DNA from: Camelus ferus
Lineage: Eukaryota
Assembly (NCBI RefSeq): GCF_009834535.1
Contig: NC_045697.1
Location: forward strand, 20,400,001-20,464,000
Reading direction: 5' to 3'
DNA length: 64,000 nt
Shown here: positions 38,546 through 51,000 of the stretch, piece by piece
Position numbering within the stretch: the stretch's first letter is position 1
Layout: each line of letters opens with the position of its first letter
The notes under the pieces: model-generated
Told to the model about the DNA's origin: nothing
Databases searched by the model: none
Seen by the model: only the letters and a program-made list of their open reading frames with translations
Program-made: the position numbers and the translations under genes

Positions 38546-40777
38546 TATATATATTCAAAATGAATATATATATAGTCAAAATGAATATGCTAGCACATTT
38601 ATATGTAAAACATTCCATTTGTTCTTAGACTTTTCTCTTTGACCATAAAAGTAACAATTGATATTTAAGTATTACATGCCAAGTGTGCTAAGTGTTTTAT
38701 ACCTTTATTTACCCAATACATTTATTAAGTGAGTTCTATCATTATTACCATTTTACACTTGGTGCCCGAGGCAGCAAAGCTAGTACTGTTTGGATCATTC
38801 GTCAAACACTGATTGTCTAACACAAAAAGCATACTCTTTATCCAAGTGAAATTTGTAGAGATACAGTGAAATATTCATTCAAAAACTTCCTATAGTGTCC
38901 AACTACTTGAGTGAATTTATACTACTGCAGATTTTAAACTGCATTTGGCTTAAAATGATGCAGAGATGGAAAAAAAAGGCAACAAGCAGATAATGAGGCC
39001 ATGATTCTGTCATTTGTTCAAGCTGATAAATTATAAAAATGCCACTTCTGTCGGCATTTTTTTTAAATTGGCTTGGCAAAAGAATTAGTGTTAGGTCTGA
39101 ATGTTTAATTTTCCTGAATTGTCCATCAAATCTGGTAGGTTCAATCTGTCCTGTATCGAGAGAGGCCATCCACAGGCAAAATAATTGTTATTTTCTATTA
39201 CTCATTTTTATAAAATAATTAAGTATGCCAAGGGTAGAAAAGTACATACTTTCCATTCATTTTGTAAAAGAAGATTAGGAGGAAGGATTCATGAGCATTT
39301 CAGGACTAATAGAGAGGGACAAAGCACAGATTTGATTTCTTTACCAGTAAGGCTTTTTAGGCAAAACAGGATTTTAGAAGTTTTTAGTAACATCATGGTG
39401 ATGATAGCTGTAAAGGCAAAGTTAGAGAAGAGGGGACATTTCACAGCTGGGGCAAAATGATCAGGTATGGTTGAGTATCATTCTGTGTGATGCTTTGAAG
39501 CTCAGCCTGTTTTAGTTTGTAATATAATCAAGCAGGAAGGCATTGTTGATCTTTAACTAAAAGTGTGTCACAAGCAACTTAACACAATGATGTAACTTAA
39601 GTAACTTTTATACTAGTGTTAACCACAATTATTAATATGGGGAAAACTGCCAAAAGAGGCAGAAATACAAAGAGAAATCTTTTGTCTTGTTTTTGTTTTC
39701 ATATAATGATCTGAACACATTCTCTGTGTAATTTAAGTATAAATAAAAGCTATAAAACTCTTTTAGGATGTTTTGGTAGATTTCTTCAAAGTCCCCCAAA
39801 ATTCATTCTTTAAAGTCAGTTACTTTTCAAAGAGTCCGTTTTCTAACTTGAAACATCTATGATAATGCTGTGGATTATTTTTAGTTGATTCTAACTCATG
39901 TTATTTTTGAGAACATAAGGAAAGTTTATTGTGTGATAAAATTGGAAATCACAGGATGTGTATTATGTCAGAAAGTGATGGCAGATAAATGTCTGATAAG
40001 AATACCTATTATGAAGAGAGATGGAACTGAAACATAATAGACAAGAGCCATTTTAAGGAAATAAATTACATCTTATTCTACATTCTCATGTTCTTCCTCT
40101 TTGCCACAGATATTATATGCTCTATTTCTGTCCATAAATGTTATTTAATGCAGTATAAAGGTTCACATTTGCTATTCCATATTTTTTTGCATCATAGCAC
40201 AATATTAACTGAAGACTGCCTACTGATAGGAGAGCATGTTCATTGAATTTTTCAAGCAATTTCATTTTCTTTCATAGATGTGCAAAAGAAGGCAAAGATT
40301 TAGAGAGCTTTATTTGTCATTAGTTCACTTGTCACTGATAAAGATGACACTATCTAGGAGTTATTGCAGATTGCAGATCATGACCTCCTTTGTGATTCCA
40401 ATTTAACCCTTAGGGTGAATTGGTTAACTCTTATCAACTAGGACCTAAAAGTCAATTTCAAACTGATGAAACTGATATGTAGTTGTGATAATTCCAGAAA
40501 TACAGAGCTGGAAAATTCTGGAATGAATTTATAACTAAGCATCTGATTCAGTCCCCTGTCACTAATTTTAATAATGAAACTTGCAGATTCAGTTTAAAAG
40601 ATAGGTATATATACTTTTTTTGTTGTCACATCCTTGTCCTTTTTAGACTCATAGGACCTGGTGCTTACCTAACCTAAGATTTGTCAAGTTGTACTGTTGT
40701 TGCCTGTTTATTTGTCTGTCTCTCCTACTAGACCGATGTGCTTGGAGGGACTTCATCAGTCACAATTGTTGTGAAAT

Positions 40778-40800
40778 GAAAGGAAGGAAGGAAGGAAGGA
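40778..40800. repeat. (GGAA)n microsatellite
   Basis: Directly visible. Confidence 0.85.
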
Positions 40801-42359
40801 GTGGAAGAAAATAGGGAGGATGAAAAGAAGAGACAATGAAAATAGAGATGAGCCTGAAGAAGAATGAATCAAAGTCTAATTCTTAGAATATGTAAAGAAA
40901 AGGAACAGGCAACTTTTAGTGAGGAAAACTAGTATTAATCATTTGTACACAGGTGTTTATGAAGGGTAAGTAAGTGTTCATAGTAAGAAATATGCAATGC
41001 TGGTAAATGAAAGCAGCTGTAATGAAAGATGGATTTGGGGATGGTTGATTGTTGACACAAGATTAATGATGATGGTGGTGGTGGTGGTGGAAAAGAAGAA
41101 ATTTAAATAATAGCTTTGAATTTAGGGTAGGAAATTTCTGTCAGTAAAGTTTTACAAAACTTCCAAAAAACTCTTTAATCTTTTAGAAATACATTGTAAA
41201 ATCTGCTCTAAGTGTAATAAATTAATTCATACTAGGAGAACTTGGAGACCAAGACTCAGGTTTATGACTGTTTTGAAGTGCTACAATGTGCTTCATATAT
41301 ATAGAGAGGGAGAGATTTAGAAGATTATTGAACCCAAAAATCAGAAAATAAAATATTTCAACAGCCTTTAAAAAATCAAAACCTGGGGAACACACTCTCT
41401 CTACATAAGCACACACCTTATTAACATACCCTTATGTATTTACTATATATACATATATATAAAATATATATACTTTAAGTAAATATATATAAAAGATATC
41501 TTTCCTCCCCATTTGAATAAGAGCATTAATTCTACAGAGAAGTACTCAAGGCCACCAACTAAATATAATGAGAGGAAAATATATTAAGATCTTGTTAATG
41601 AGTATGTCAAAACATACTCCTATAAGCTGTCACTCAACTAATTTTCTTACTAGCTATCAGCAGATTGGGGCTTGTCAAGACTTGGGTAAAACAATGAAAA
41701 TCAAGGAATTTTAAAGTGCATACAAAGTCTGTTAAAATATTTTTTCTTTATTTCCTTTTATATCACACCATTGTAATCCATTTCTTAGAAGAATTTGCAA
41801 ACTAGTATGCTTTTTACACATATTTAAAGACAAAAATAAGTCTTCACTAGATCAGCTCCACCTAAGAAGTGCAAACTTGCTCTCATCTTTCATCATAAAA
41901 CAAAATCTTTTTTTTTTTTTTTTGGTAACAACAATCTTTCATCATTACTTTTTGTTAAGGTTATGCACATTTAATTAAAAGAATTGTTTTGAATTTCAGC
42001 CTTTGTTAAAGTAAGACTCCATTTCCGGTTACATCAGTTGGAATAGGAATCTTAAAGCACAGTCTTCCTAGTAAGATGATGGTTGCTCAAGGACCAGCAG
42101 CATCTTCTGTTCTTCTTGCCTTTCAAAGCAATTCAGGCCCACAGTTCTTCTGATATCTTGGCTGAAATCATCTTTTTTTTTTTTTTTTTTTGCAGTAGAT
42201 AAAAAACATCTGAAATGATCTCAATGTGCTCTCATCTCCAAGGAAAAATTCTTTTACACCATGACAAATTTTTCTGGGGCTAGAGAAACTCAACACAGCA
42301 AAAACATAAATTGTTTTGCCTTCTGAACCCAGTATATACAAATATGGGTCAATAGGAGG

Positions 42360-42603
42360 CAGTGCAATATAATAGTTAACAGCATAGAGTGTGTGATTAC
42401 ACCGCCTGGGCAGGATTACTGATTCCACCACTACTTAGATGTGTGATCTGAGGCAAGTTACTCAGCCTCTCTCTGCCTCATTTTTTTTTCATCTAGTTCT
42501 TCTGGTTGTTATGAGCATTAAGGAAGTTAGTATACATTAAATGAGTTAATATTTGGAACAGTCCCTGGGACATAAGAAACTTTCAGTATGTGTTTGCTAT
42601 TAT
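42360..42603 (+). mobile_element. Near full-length MIR SINE
   Basis: CCACTACTTAGATGTGTGATCTGAGGCAAGTTACTCAGCCTCTCTCTGCCTCA core, with a GAACAGTCCCTGGGACATAAG...GCTATTATT tail. Confidence 0.8.
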
Positions 42604-43535
42604 TTTAAATACAGAGATTTTTGTTATACAGTATTGGTGATAGACCATTTTTAAACTTCTAGTGTTAGCTGAATTTGGGTGCTGAATAACTATTAGTTCC
42701 TTTTTCACTCTTCCACTCTTCTCTGCTTCATAGAAAATATACAAGTTAATGGATATGAAATCTGTTTTGTAATGGTTTGTCTCTCTGAAATAACTGTATT
42801 ACAATGACCCCTCAGCAATTGATCAGACAGGCTTATAAATATTAATTAACTATCATTTCTGTGCCAGATTTTAAAACATGAATATTTTCAGTTTGTTTAC
42901 ATGCACAGTTTGGGGGCAATACACAGTAAATAATTTGCTTATATTGGTATAAAAATAGTTAATTCTAATAATAAAATAGACCCAAGTTTGTATATGTAGA
43001 CATGATTGTATGTAAGGCACTCTTAAGACTGTTACAAGCACAGTGAAGCTGCAATAAATCACCCCCAAAATGTTAAATTCCTCAGAGAGAGGAATTTCTC
43101 TCGCGGTAAAGTTGCTCTTTTATTATGGCTTGGAATTCCCAAAGAAGACTATTCTAGGGTCCAGCTGGGGAAGGTCACATTCATAAATCATGGATTTCCA
43201 ATTCATACTCTCTCAGGAAACAAGATCATTTAACTTGGAAAGAAAATTGCACCACAACTAGTAGTTTCAGTTAAAATTTCCTTCAGCTTCTGCAGCATTT
43301 GAAACCCAGATAAAACCTAAAGAGCAACCCATTTGAGAATGAAAGTGACAGATGAATGTAAGGAGATGAAAAGATGGAATTGGGGCAGAAGGAGGTCAAA
43401 TAACCTTAATTGGTCCATTCAACTCACTTTCTTCCCTTTTATTTATTTTTTTATGGCAGCCAATACCTGTAATCCTTAGTCATGTTGAGACACTTTTCTA
43501 GTACTTTTTACTCTTTAATAATAACATCGTAAATA

Positions 43536-43685
43536 CAGCAGGCCTTCTGTATCCTCAGGTTTGCATCTGCAGTTATTGGAGGAGGGGGCTGTCCAACTGT
43601 ACTATGCCATTTTGTATAAAGAACTTGAGTATCTGCTGATTTTAGAATGAGGGGGTGGTCCTGGAACCATTGCTTCATTATCTGA
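43536..43685. mobile_element. MER2-like TcMar-Tigger MITE, internally deleted
   Basis: TA|CAGCAGGCCTTCTGTATCC TIR-like start; TACTATGCCATTTTGTATAAAGAACTTGAGTATCTG...GGTCCTGGAACCA. Confidence 0.75.
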
Positions 43686-44014
43686 AACAATAAACATGCA
43701 TTTCCTTTTAGTTAATTCTAAAGCATATTAATCCCTTGACTTTTAAAATATCTTCAGAACAAGTACTAAATAACAAGATTCCACATCATGCTTTGTCCTC
43801 TGTAAGTTGACCAATCAATCTATTATACCTATTATTATAAATAGGTTACACCTATTAATAAGGCAGTCAGTGAAGTCCCTTTGAACTTGGGATGTAGTAA
43901 GGGTAGCTCACATCACATATTTACAAACGTGCATTGAAATCTAGTATTTTAAAGACTCCGTAAACAGTATTCACCTAGTAAGTTCTCACAATGTTCTTAC
44001 TACGTCGCAATCTA

Positions 44015-44215
44015 AGTGATAAGTATGTTATTAACGTAACTCATTTATTCCTCATACAATCTTTTTATATGATTAAAATTTTATTATCTTCATTTAATAA
44101 ATGAGGAAAGCAAAATACTTGAAGATTAAGGACTTTGCCTAAGTCCTTGATTGAATAATATTCAGAACTTGGCAGTTTGACTCAAGTTTATACTCTTAAG
44201 ATGCTATCATGCTGC
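44015..44215 (-). mobile_element. MIR SINE remnant
   Basis: AACTCATTTATTCCTCATACAA...AAATGAGGAAAG...GACTTTGCCTAAGTC...GGCAGTTTGACTC. Confidence 0.65.
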
Positions 44216-44839
44216 TTCTCCATCAGCAACAGCAGAACTGCATGGCGCTGTCCTTGAAACTAATCTTGGGGGTTGTTCCTTATTGTGATTTTATATTTAA
44301 TTGTTTTTAAAGAGATCTGTATTAACCAGGATAAGAATCACATCTGTCTTTGTCTTCTTGAGTCATTAGTGCTTAACCTGGTATCTGGTAAATGGTTGGT
44401 GTTATATAATTACTTATTTATTAAATGAATAATTTAACAAGAAGAAATGAATGAATAATTCTGAAAAGCTAATTATTCAGTTTTCTGAAACATGACTTAT
44501 AATAGGGAACTCATAATTCGAAAGTCAATCAATTTCCAAAAAAATAATCAATATTGCTAACTGTGACAATATAACCCTTCATCTTTTACATTTGGCTACT
44601 TTTTTTGCTTCACACTATTTCTCTCTTACTACTCAGATAATTTAGTTTATCTTCAATTACTACTGCTCAAGTCTACCTTATTTTTATTTTTATACCCAGT
44701 CTTGGTCCCATTAGAAATATTTGAATCAATATTCAAGAAAGTAGAATGAGAGTAAGTCATGGGAAAGTTGGGACTAGTGTAATAGACTATTTACTTTTCA
44801 AGTATCCAACCTTATCTTACAGTAAAATATGTTCCCCAT

Positions 44840-45175
44840 TGCTGTGGTCTGAACTTTCCCCCAAAATTCATATGTTGACTTCTAACCCCCAACGATGATG
44901 GTTTTAGGAGGTAGGGCATTGGGGAGGTGATTAAGTCATGAAGGTAGAGCCCTTATGAGTGGGGCTAGTGTTCTCAAAGAGACCCAACAGACTTGCTGGC
45001 CCTTTGCACCATGTGCAGACACAGAGAGAAACTCAGTCTGCAGGCCAGGAGGGAGCCCTCACCAGAAGCTGACCATGCTAGCACCCTGACTTTGAAATTC
45101 CACCTCTCCAGATCTGTGAGAAATCAATCTCTCAGTCTGTAGTATTTTGTTACAGCAACCGGAATGACTAAGATG
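44840..45175 (+). mobile_element. MLT1A-like solo LTR
   Basis: TGCTGTGGTCTGAA...CCCCCAAAATTCATATGTTGA...GAGGTGATTAAGTCATGAAGGTAGAGCCCTTATGA...GCCCTCACCAGAAGCTGACCATGCTAGCACCCTGA...GACTAAGA. Confidence 0.88.
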
Positions 45176-45449
45176 ATCACATATTATATAATATATTAAC
45201 TACACAAATATATATTTACACATCTCATTTCCTCATTCATTCATTCAACAAGTGTTTTTTTCTTTAAATACTAAGATATACTGGAGATATAGTATAGTCA
45301 GCACAATAACAAAAAAAAATCTGCCCTTTTAAAGCTCATATAGAAGAGAATAAAAGTTTGTAAAACCTAAAATGACAATATAATAATTTTTTAAAAAACT
45401 ATATATATCAATCTAAGATATAATTTAGTTTATTTTCAGGGACTATTTA

Positions 45450-45494
45450 TAGTAGTAGTAGTAGTAGTAGTAGTAGTAATAATAATAATAATAA
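45450..45494. repeat. Compound (TAG)n(TAA)n microsatellite
   Basis: Directly visible. Confidence 0.92.
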
Positions 45495-46848
45495 CAAAAA
45501 TAAACTAGAAAAAATTTTAAATGTCCCTACTGTATAAGATTGGGCCCTCCTTCCTTATCTCTGATCACCTGGTACTACACAGCCAAGTTCAGGTTGCTTC
45601 TTCCACTAGAATAGGACAAAGAGGAAGCAATGTTTGTCATATAAACCGGGTGCAAGTCTAAATCCACCGGGGATTGCATTGATGATCTCTATTTGCTCTG
45701 GAAGCATGATTGTTTTTACTGCCCTCCTGAGCCTCAGGTCCACCCCACACATTTGTACAAATTGTATCCTCTTCAAGGGCACCCAGCCAAGAGGGCAGGA
45801 GTGGCGGCTGAAATCTAGCTGCAGGCTTGCTTGGCAGACATGACCCTCAGCATGAGGCTGCGTCAACCTGGAAGAAGGGATTCTTTGCTGTAATTGATGA
45901 TCTTAAAGGGAGCTCCTTTTTCCCAGTTGGTCTGCCAGAGAAGACTCCTTTTAGTAAAGTATCCTCATAGATTGAGCACTGTTTTCTGACACCGTCCCTG
46001 CTGGTAACCCTGCTGAGCCTGTCACTATCTCTTCCAGACACTTGCATGGTATTTCCATTATCTTTATCCTCACTTTACCATTGTCTTATGAGTTGACATC
46101 TTCAGTAAACTCTCCTGGAAGTCAGTGTTTAAATTAATGCTCCTATAGATGTGTGTGTTCTTGACATTGCTCATATTTACCTGTTCATGTGCATGAGTTT
46201 GTTTTCCCTAACAAAGCAGTGGGACTAAAAGTAGGAAATGAGATAGAGAAGTTGGGAGGATGACGAAATATTGGCCCGGATGGATATCAAATCCGAATCA
46301 TAATTTTCTGCATCTCTATTTACAGTGTGAAAAGAAGGGAAAAATTATAGATCCTGAGTAACCAAATTACTATTATAAACATGAGTGGATGTTTAATAAA
46401 CTTACTGGCTGAATAAGCTTTGTTACTTGAAATGATAGCAAAAATAATATAACAACTCATAAGTCTGTTGTTTTCATGAAATGAGGTATTGAATGTGAAA
46501 TTCTTAGCAAGGTGCCTGGCAGACAGAGTTCAAAGAAATTAGGTATTTTTAAACTACTATATACAGGCATTGTCATAGTGGGGAAAAAAAGCCCTTACAG
46601 CTAGACCATGATAGGCTGCGTAAATTATCACCCCCAGTCCTCAGTTTATGGATCCTAAAATTAAGGGATGCACTTGAGCTCTTAGGTGATCTTTCAAAAC
46701 TTAAAATTCTGTTGTTTTATAGCAAGAAATGGTAGACATGAGGAAGAAAAGAAAATGAAGTTTAACACTAGCAAAAAAATGACCAGGATTTTGGTTGGCT
46801 GAGAAACCGTATAAAAACATTTTAAACTGAGAATATAAAAGTGAAACC

Positions 46849-47197
46849 TGTTAAAAGATGAATTGAGGCATATTAAAAAATGTAAGAGTTTATTTGAGCA
46901 AAATCCATTCCAAATGGGCGGCAATGAATGGGAAGTGGTTAGAAGGGCTTCGCAGATGGGAACTCCCTCCACCCCCACCTCCAGTGGAGTGGAGGGTAAG
47001 GACAGATTTTTATAGAAGAAAGACAGAAAGAAGCAAAGTAAGAAAATAATCAATTTTGGTTTTCAAAATTATCAAGTTGGTTTTCAATTTCATAACACTG
47101 AGGCATTTTCAAGTTCAGGGTTTGATCTTCTTCTGCAGGTTACCATCTCATTAGAGCCACCTCAGTCCAATGTCCGCCTTGTTTAATTGGTTTAACA
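46849..47197 (-). mobile_element. Probable ERV1-class solo LTR
   Basis: TGTTAAA...TTTAACA 7-bp terminal inverted repeat and minus-strand AATAAA (TTTATT) near 46889. TSD not convincing. Confidence 0.6.
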
Positions 47198-48518
47198 AGC
47201 TTTTGTTCAGGAACAGTGAGAAGCTTACTTTTATAAAATAAATAATCACTTTAAAAGGAAGCATCTGCCGCTGGCTCCCAGGTAAAATGCAGACTACCTA
47301 GAATTATGACTGATTTTAATTTTAAAATATAACTCATATTGTGTTTAAATTGAGCATCTTAAAATTAAAGTTAGTCCTGCATAAGCTACGCTCAGTTTTG
47401 AGAGTAAATGTTTGTCATTAATTTTAGAAGAAATCCCAAAAGATACTTGGGGTCAATGACTTGCCACCATGATGACTAGGATTATTATTTTTTGCTTGTC
47501 TCATCAGTAGTAAAATGGACACATTTTAGTGAATCTGAGTTAGTTAAATCTCATTGAAATGAATTTGGAAAGCTGTCCTCTAAAATATCCCTGCCTGTTT
47601 TTTTTGTTTTTTCTTCTTTTTTCCTTTCTTTCTTACTTGTTAATCCCTAGAAAGCTTGGCACATAATTATTCATGTGTAAAGGACAGAAAAGATGGGATT
47701 GCGTGATAGAGGACATTGTGACTGCCTCTAAATGTCTCATTTTGCATACCTAAAATCTGTCTTGACCCCCATCTCTCAGAGTCATCAATAGAATAATTGA
47801 AATATTTGAGAAACAACTACCCATTTCAAGTTACAAAGGCTTTATTTGGCAAGGGTTCCTTTGGCTACAGAAAATCTAAAATGTGGATGGGAGAAATGTG
47901 TTTAGTGTTTGCAAAAATAGGTGCTGCTAAATTGTTTCTTTAAATAAAATCGAAGTCAGCAAAAATGTGGTTCTACAGCTGCTATTTCACAGTGAGTTCC
48001 ACTGCCTACCAGAGTAGAAGAATTTTTAAGCTTTTATAGGAGAATCTACTTCCGTTTTGTTAATTATTCCTTTTTTTCATATTCACGATGAAAAAAAAAA
48101 GAAACATAGTTTTTACAAATCTCACTTTCTTGGAAGTTGATGACACTGGGAAAAAAAGAAGAGTAGTGTTCTTGTCTGGGATATCTATAAAGTCAAGGCT
48201 TAATTTTTGCATGGAATTTATGTGAATATTATATCAAGTGTTAAAAAAAATGTGGTCAGTACTCTTTGGTTTCTTATAAATTGGTTTTCACTTGAAATGC
48301 TTTATATAGTATAATAAATTGATTGCCACTGTATATTGGTTTGTGTTTATAATATATTGGATTGACTGAATAATAAATCTTTCTTTTCAGCAATTACTTT
48401 TATTGGTGTGAGTAAATTATACTGGATTCACAGTGAGTCAAAATGTTTTGCATATAAATTATACTATCTTTGGTCAGGTGATGTTGAGTTTAACACTTAA
48501 TTTAAAGATTGGAGAAAT

Positions 48519-48542
48519 ACACACACACACACACACACAAAC

Positions 48543-48575
<33 letters not shown>
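48519..48575. repeat. Interrupted (CA)n microsatellite
   Basis: Directly visible, about 28 units. Confidence 0.95.
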
Positions 48576-49039
48576 TGCATATCTGTGAATATTGCATCCT
48601 TTATGACAATTATATCATTTTTTGCCAGTAACAATCATTCACTCCAAAGCCTAATAGTAAACTTGAAGAGATTTGATTAAATTATATAAATCTTTTCATG
48701 CTCTATACCAGTTTGTGTTTCAATGTTTGGTGTAAAAGCTGCACTGACTGAATGTGTTTTATTATTATTCTGAACTTTATCAAGGTGTGTAGTACATGAA
48801 AAATCACATTTCAGTCCAATATAAGGAAGAATATTTTAAAAATTATAGCTTTGCAAAAATAGGAATTGCCTCAATTTTTTTGTGATCATACAAAATGGCT
48901 ATGTCTAATAACAATATATTTATTTGCAGCTCAAATTTTTGCACTTGTTAAAAGTTTGATTTAGGTGGCATTCCTTTTAAAATGTGAAGATTCTATTATT
49001 TTCTGCAGTTTATATAATTTTATAATTCCTAAATATCAC

Positions 49040-49155
49040 TACCTATTTAATTACTTCAGTCTACATTAAATCAGTAACAGTTTTGTGCCTACTGTATTGG
49101 ATATCACAGATACAGAATATTTCCATTGTTGCAGAAGTTTCCACAAGACATCATT
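49040..49155. mobile_element. MER3/MER33-like hAT-Charlie fragment
   Basis: CTACTGTATTGGATATCACAGATACAGAATATTTCCATTGTTGCAGAAGTTTC matches the recalled MER3 terminus. Confidence 0.65.
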
Positions 49156-49493
49156 CATTAAAAACAAAGAACTTTAGCAATAGATTTGTTATAATTTAGC
49201 ATTTGTTACTCTGAATTATTCCATGGCATGTTATATCAAGTGTTAGATAAATGATTTTTTTTTAAGTAATAGGATAATGGATTTTTTTAAAAAGACTATG
49301 CTAGACAAAATTAAACAGTTTTATTAGCTCAGGATTCAATAGATCCATAATAAATTTAACGTGTTTGAACACTGTGGCTCTTAAAGAGGTTGTATGTTAT
49401 ATAATATCTCAAAAATTTTTATAACTGTAGGAGTGCCACATCTCCTTATTTTTCTTTTGAAGAGTCTCTTTTAGAATTGCATCTGTGAAATGT

Positions 49494-49704
49494 TATTTTA
49501 TTTTATTTTATTTTATTTTTTAACTTTTTATTAAGTTATAGTCATTTTACAATGTTATGTCAAATTCCAGTGTAGAGCACAATTTTTCAGTTATGCATGA
49601 ACATACATATATTCATTGTCACTTTTTTTTTTTTGCTGTGAGCTACCACAAGATCTTGTATATCTTTTCCTGTACTATACAGTATAATCTTGTTTATCTA
49701 TTTT
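49494..49704 (-). mobile_element. LINE-1 3' UTR fragment with (TTTTA)n tail
   Basis: TTTTATTAAGTTATAGTCATTTTACAATGTT...CCAGTGTAGAGCACAA...TATACAGTATAATCTTGTTTATCTATTTT is homologous to the reverse complement of 6321-6495. Confidence 0.88.
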
Positions 49705-49946
49705 AACAACTATCAAAGAGAGGGAATTTTTTTGTATTACGGAAAATATTTGCATCAAGATATTTACATCATGCTCATTTTAGGTCATTATGATTCTATT
49801 TTATAAAATACTTTATTGCATTAATGAGATCTTAACTACAATAGCCTTTAGCAGATACCTATTATCAAATTAGAAAATGCATGGCATCAAATAGAAACTA
49901 ACATCCCAATGTACTACTATTCATTAAATAAATAGACTGTATTTCT

Positions 49947-50031
49947 TTTTTTATTGCAGTGTGACTGACTTACAATATTATATTAATTTCAGGTGTACAA
50001 CATAGTGAACAATATTTTTATAGAGTTATCC
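49947..50031 (-). mobile_element. Extremely 5'-truncated LINE-1 (about 85 bp)
   Basis: TTTTTTATTGCAGTGTGACTGACTTACAATATTATATTAATTTCAGGTGTACAACATAGTGA with a 15-bp TSD ATAGACTGTATTTCT (49932-49946) / ATAGACTATATTTCT (50032-50046). Confidence 0.85.
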
Positions 50032-50734
50032 ATAGACTATATTTCTAATGGAATGTGGTAATGATTTATTTCAATTTACAGAATCAATAATAAGAATACA
50101 TTACTTACACATCTTCTAACCAATTCATGCTTCTCTCTTTCTTCTTAAATTTCTTCACAGGTTGCTTTTCATGAAATCTTTAACTACCTTAAAATTTTTT
50201 TTCCCCAAATACTAGCTTAAATATTCTGTTGGTATCAGTAGCTAGTATGTACAGAATTTTTACTATGTTTTAGGCAATGTACTGCTCTTTTTTCCAATAT
50301 TTTTACTCTATCTTCACAATATTCACTATAAATTTAAATATCCTTACCCTTTTTATGTATCGCTAATTTGGTACTTGAAATGATTGGTGTGTCCATAGAT
50401 ACATCTACAGCTAGTGAGTGGCAATAATGGGTCTTGAACCTAGATCTTTTTGACTCCATGTTCTTTCCAATCTTACATAGTGTCTCAAGTCTTAAAGAAT
50501 TATTTCCTTTTTTGCTGATACGTTTTTATTTGGCTGGAAGACATATTTCTGAATTATTCCAAAGTTTATATTGTATTTTCACTAGACCTATGTAAGCTTC
50601 ATGCTTTGAGGCTTTGTGCCTCAGTTCTTGAGAGTGTTCTCACAGAAAGTATGACCACCATCCTAACCTTTTTCACACTATTAGGCCAAATGTGTGCAAC
50701 TCCAAGACCTGGGCATTATGTATCTCATGCCCCC

Positions 50735-51000
50735 CTTTCTCCATCTTCAAAGCCAACAACAGCAGGTTGAGGCCTTTTCTCATTGCACCCCTCCAACCCC
50801 CACTTCCGCCTCCCTCTTCCACCATGGAAGAACTTTAAGATTACGTTAGGCCCACCCAGATGACCCAGACAACCTTTCCACGTTAAGGTCAGTTAATTAG
50901 CAAACTTCATTCCATGTGCAATCTTAATTCTTTTAACATGTAATCAGGTTCCAGTGATTTAAACACGTATATCTTTAAAGGGTCATTATTCTGCCTAATG
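50735..51000 (-). mobile_element. MLT1 (C/D/E-like) LTR fragment
   Basis: CTCCATCTTCAAAGCCAACAA...GATTACGTTAGGCCCACCCAGATGACCCAGA...TTAAGGTCAGTTAATTAGCAA...GGGTCATTATTCTGCCTA. Confidence 0.8.
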
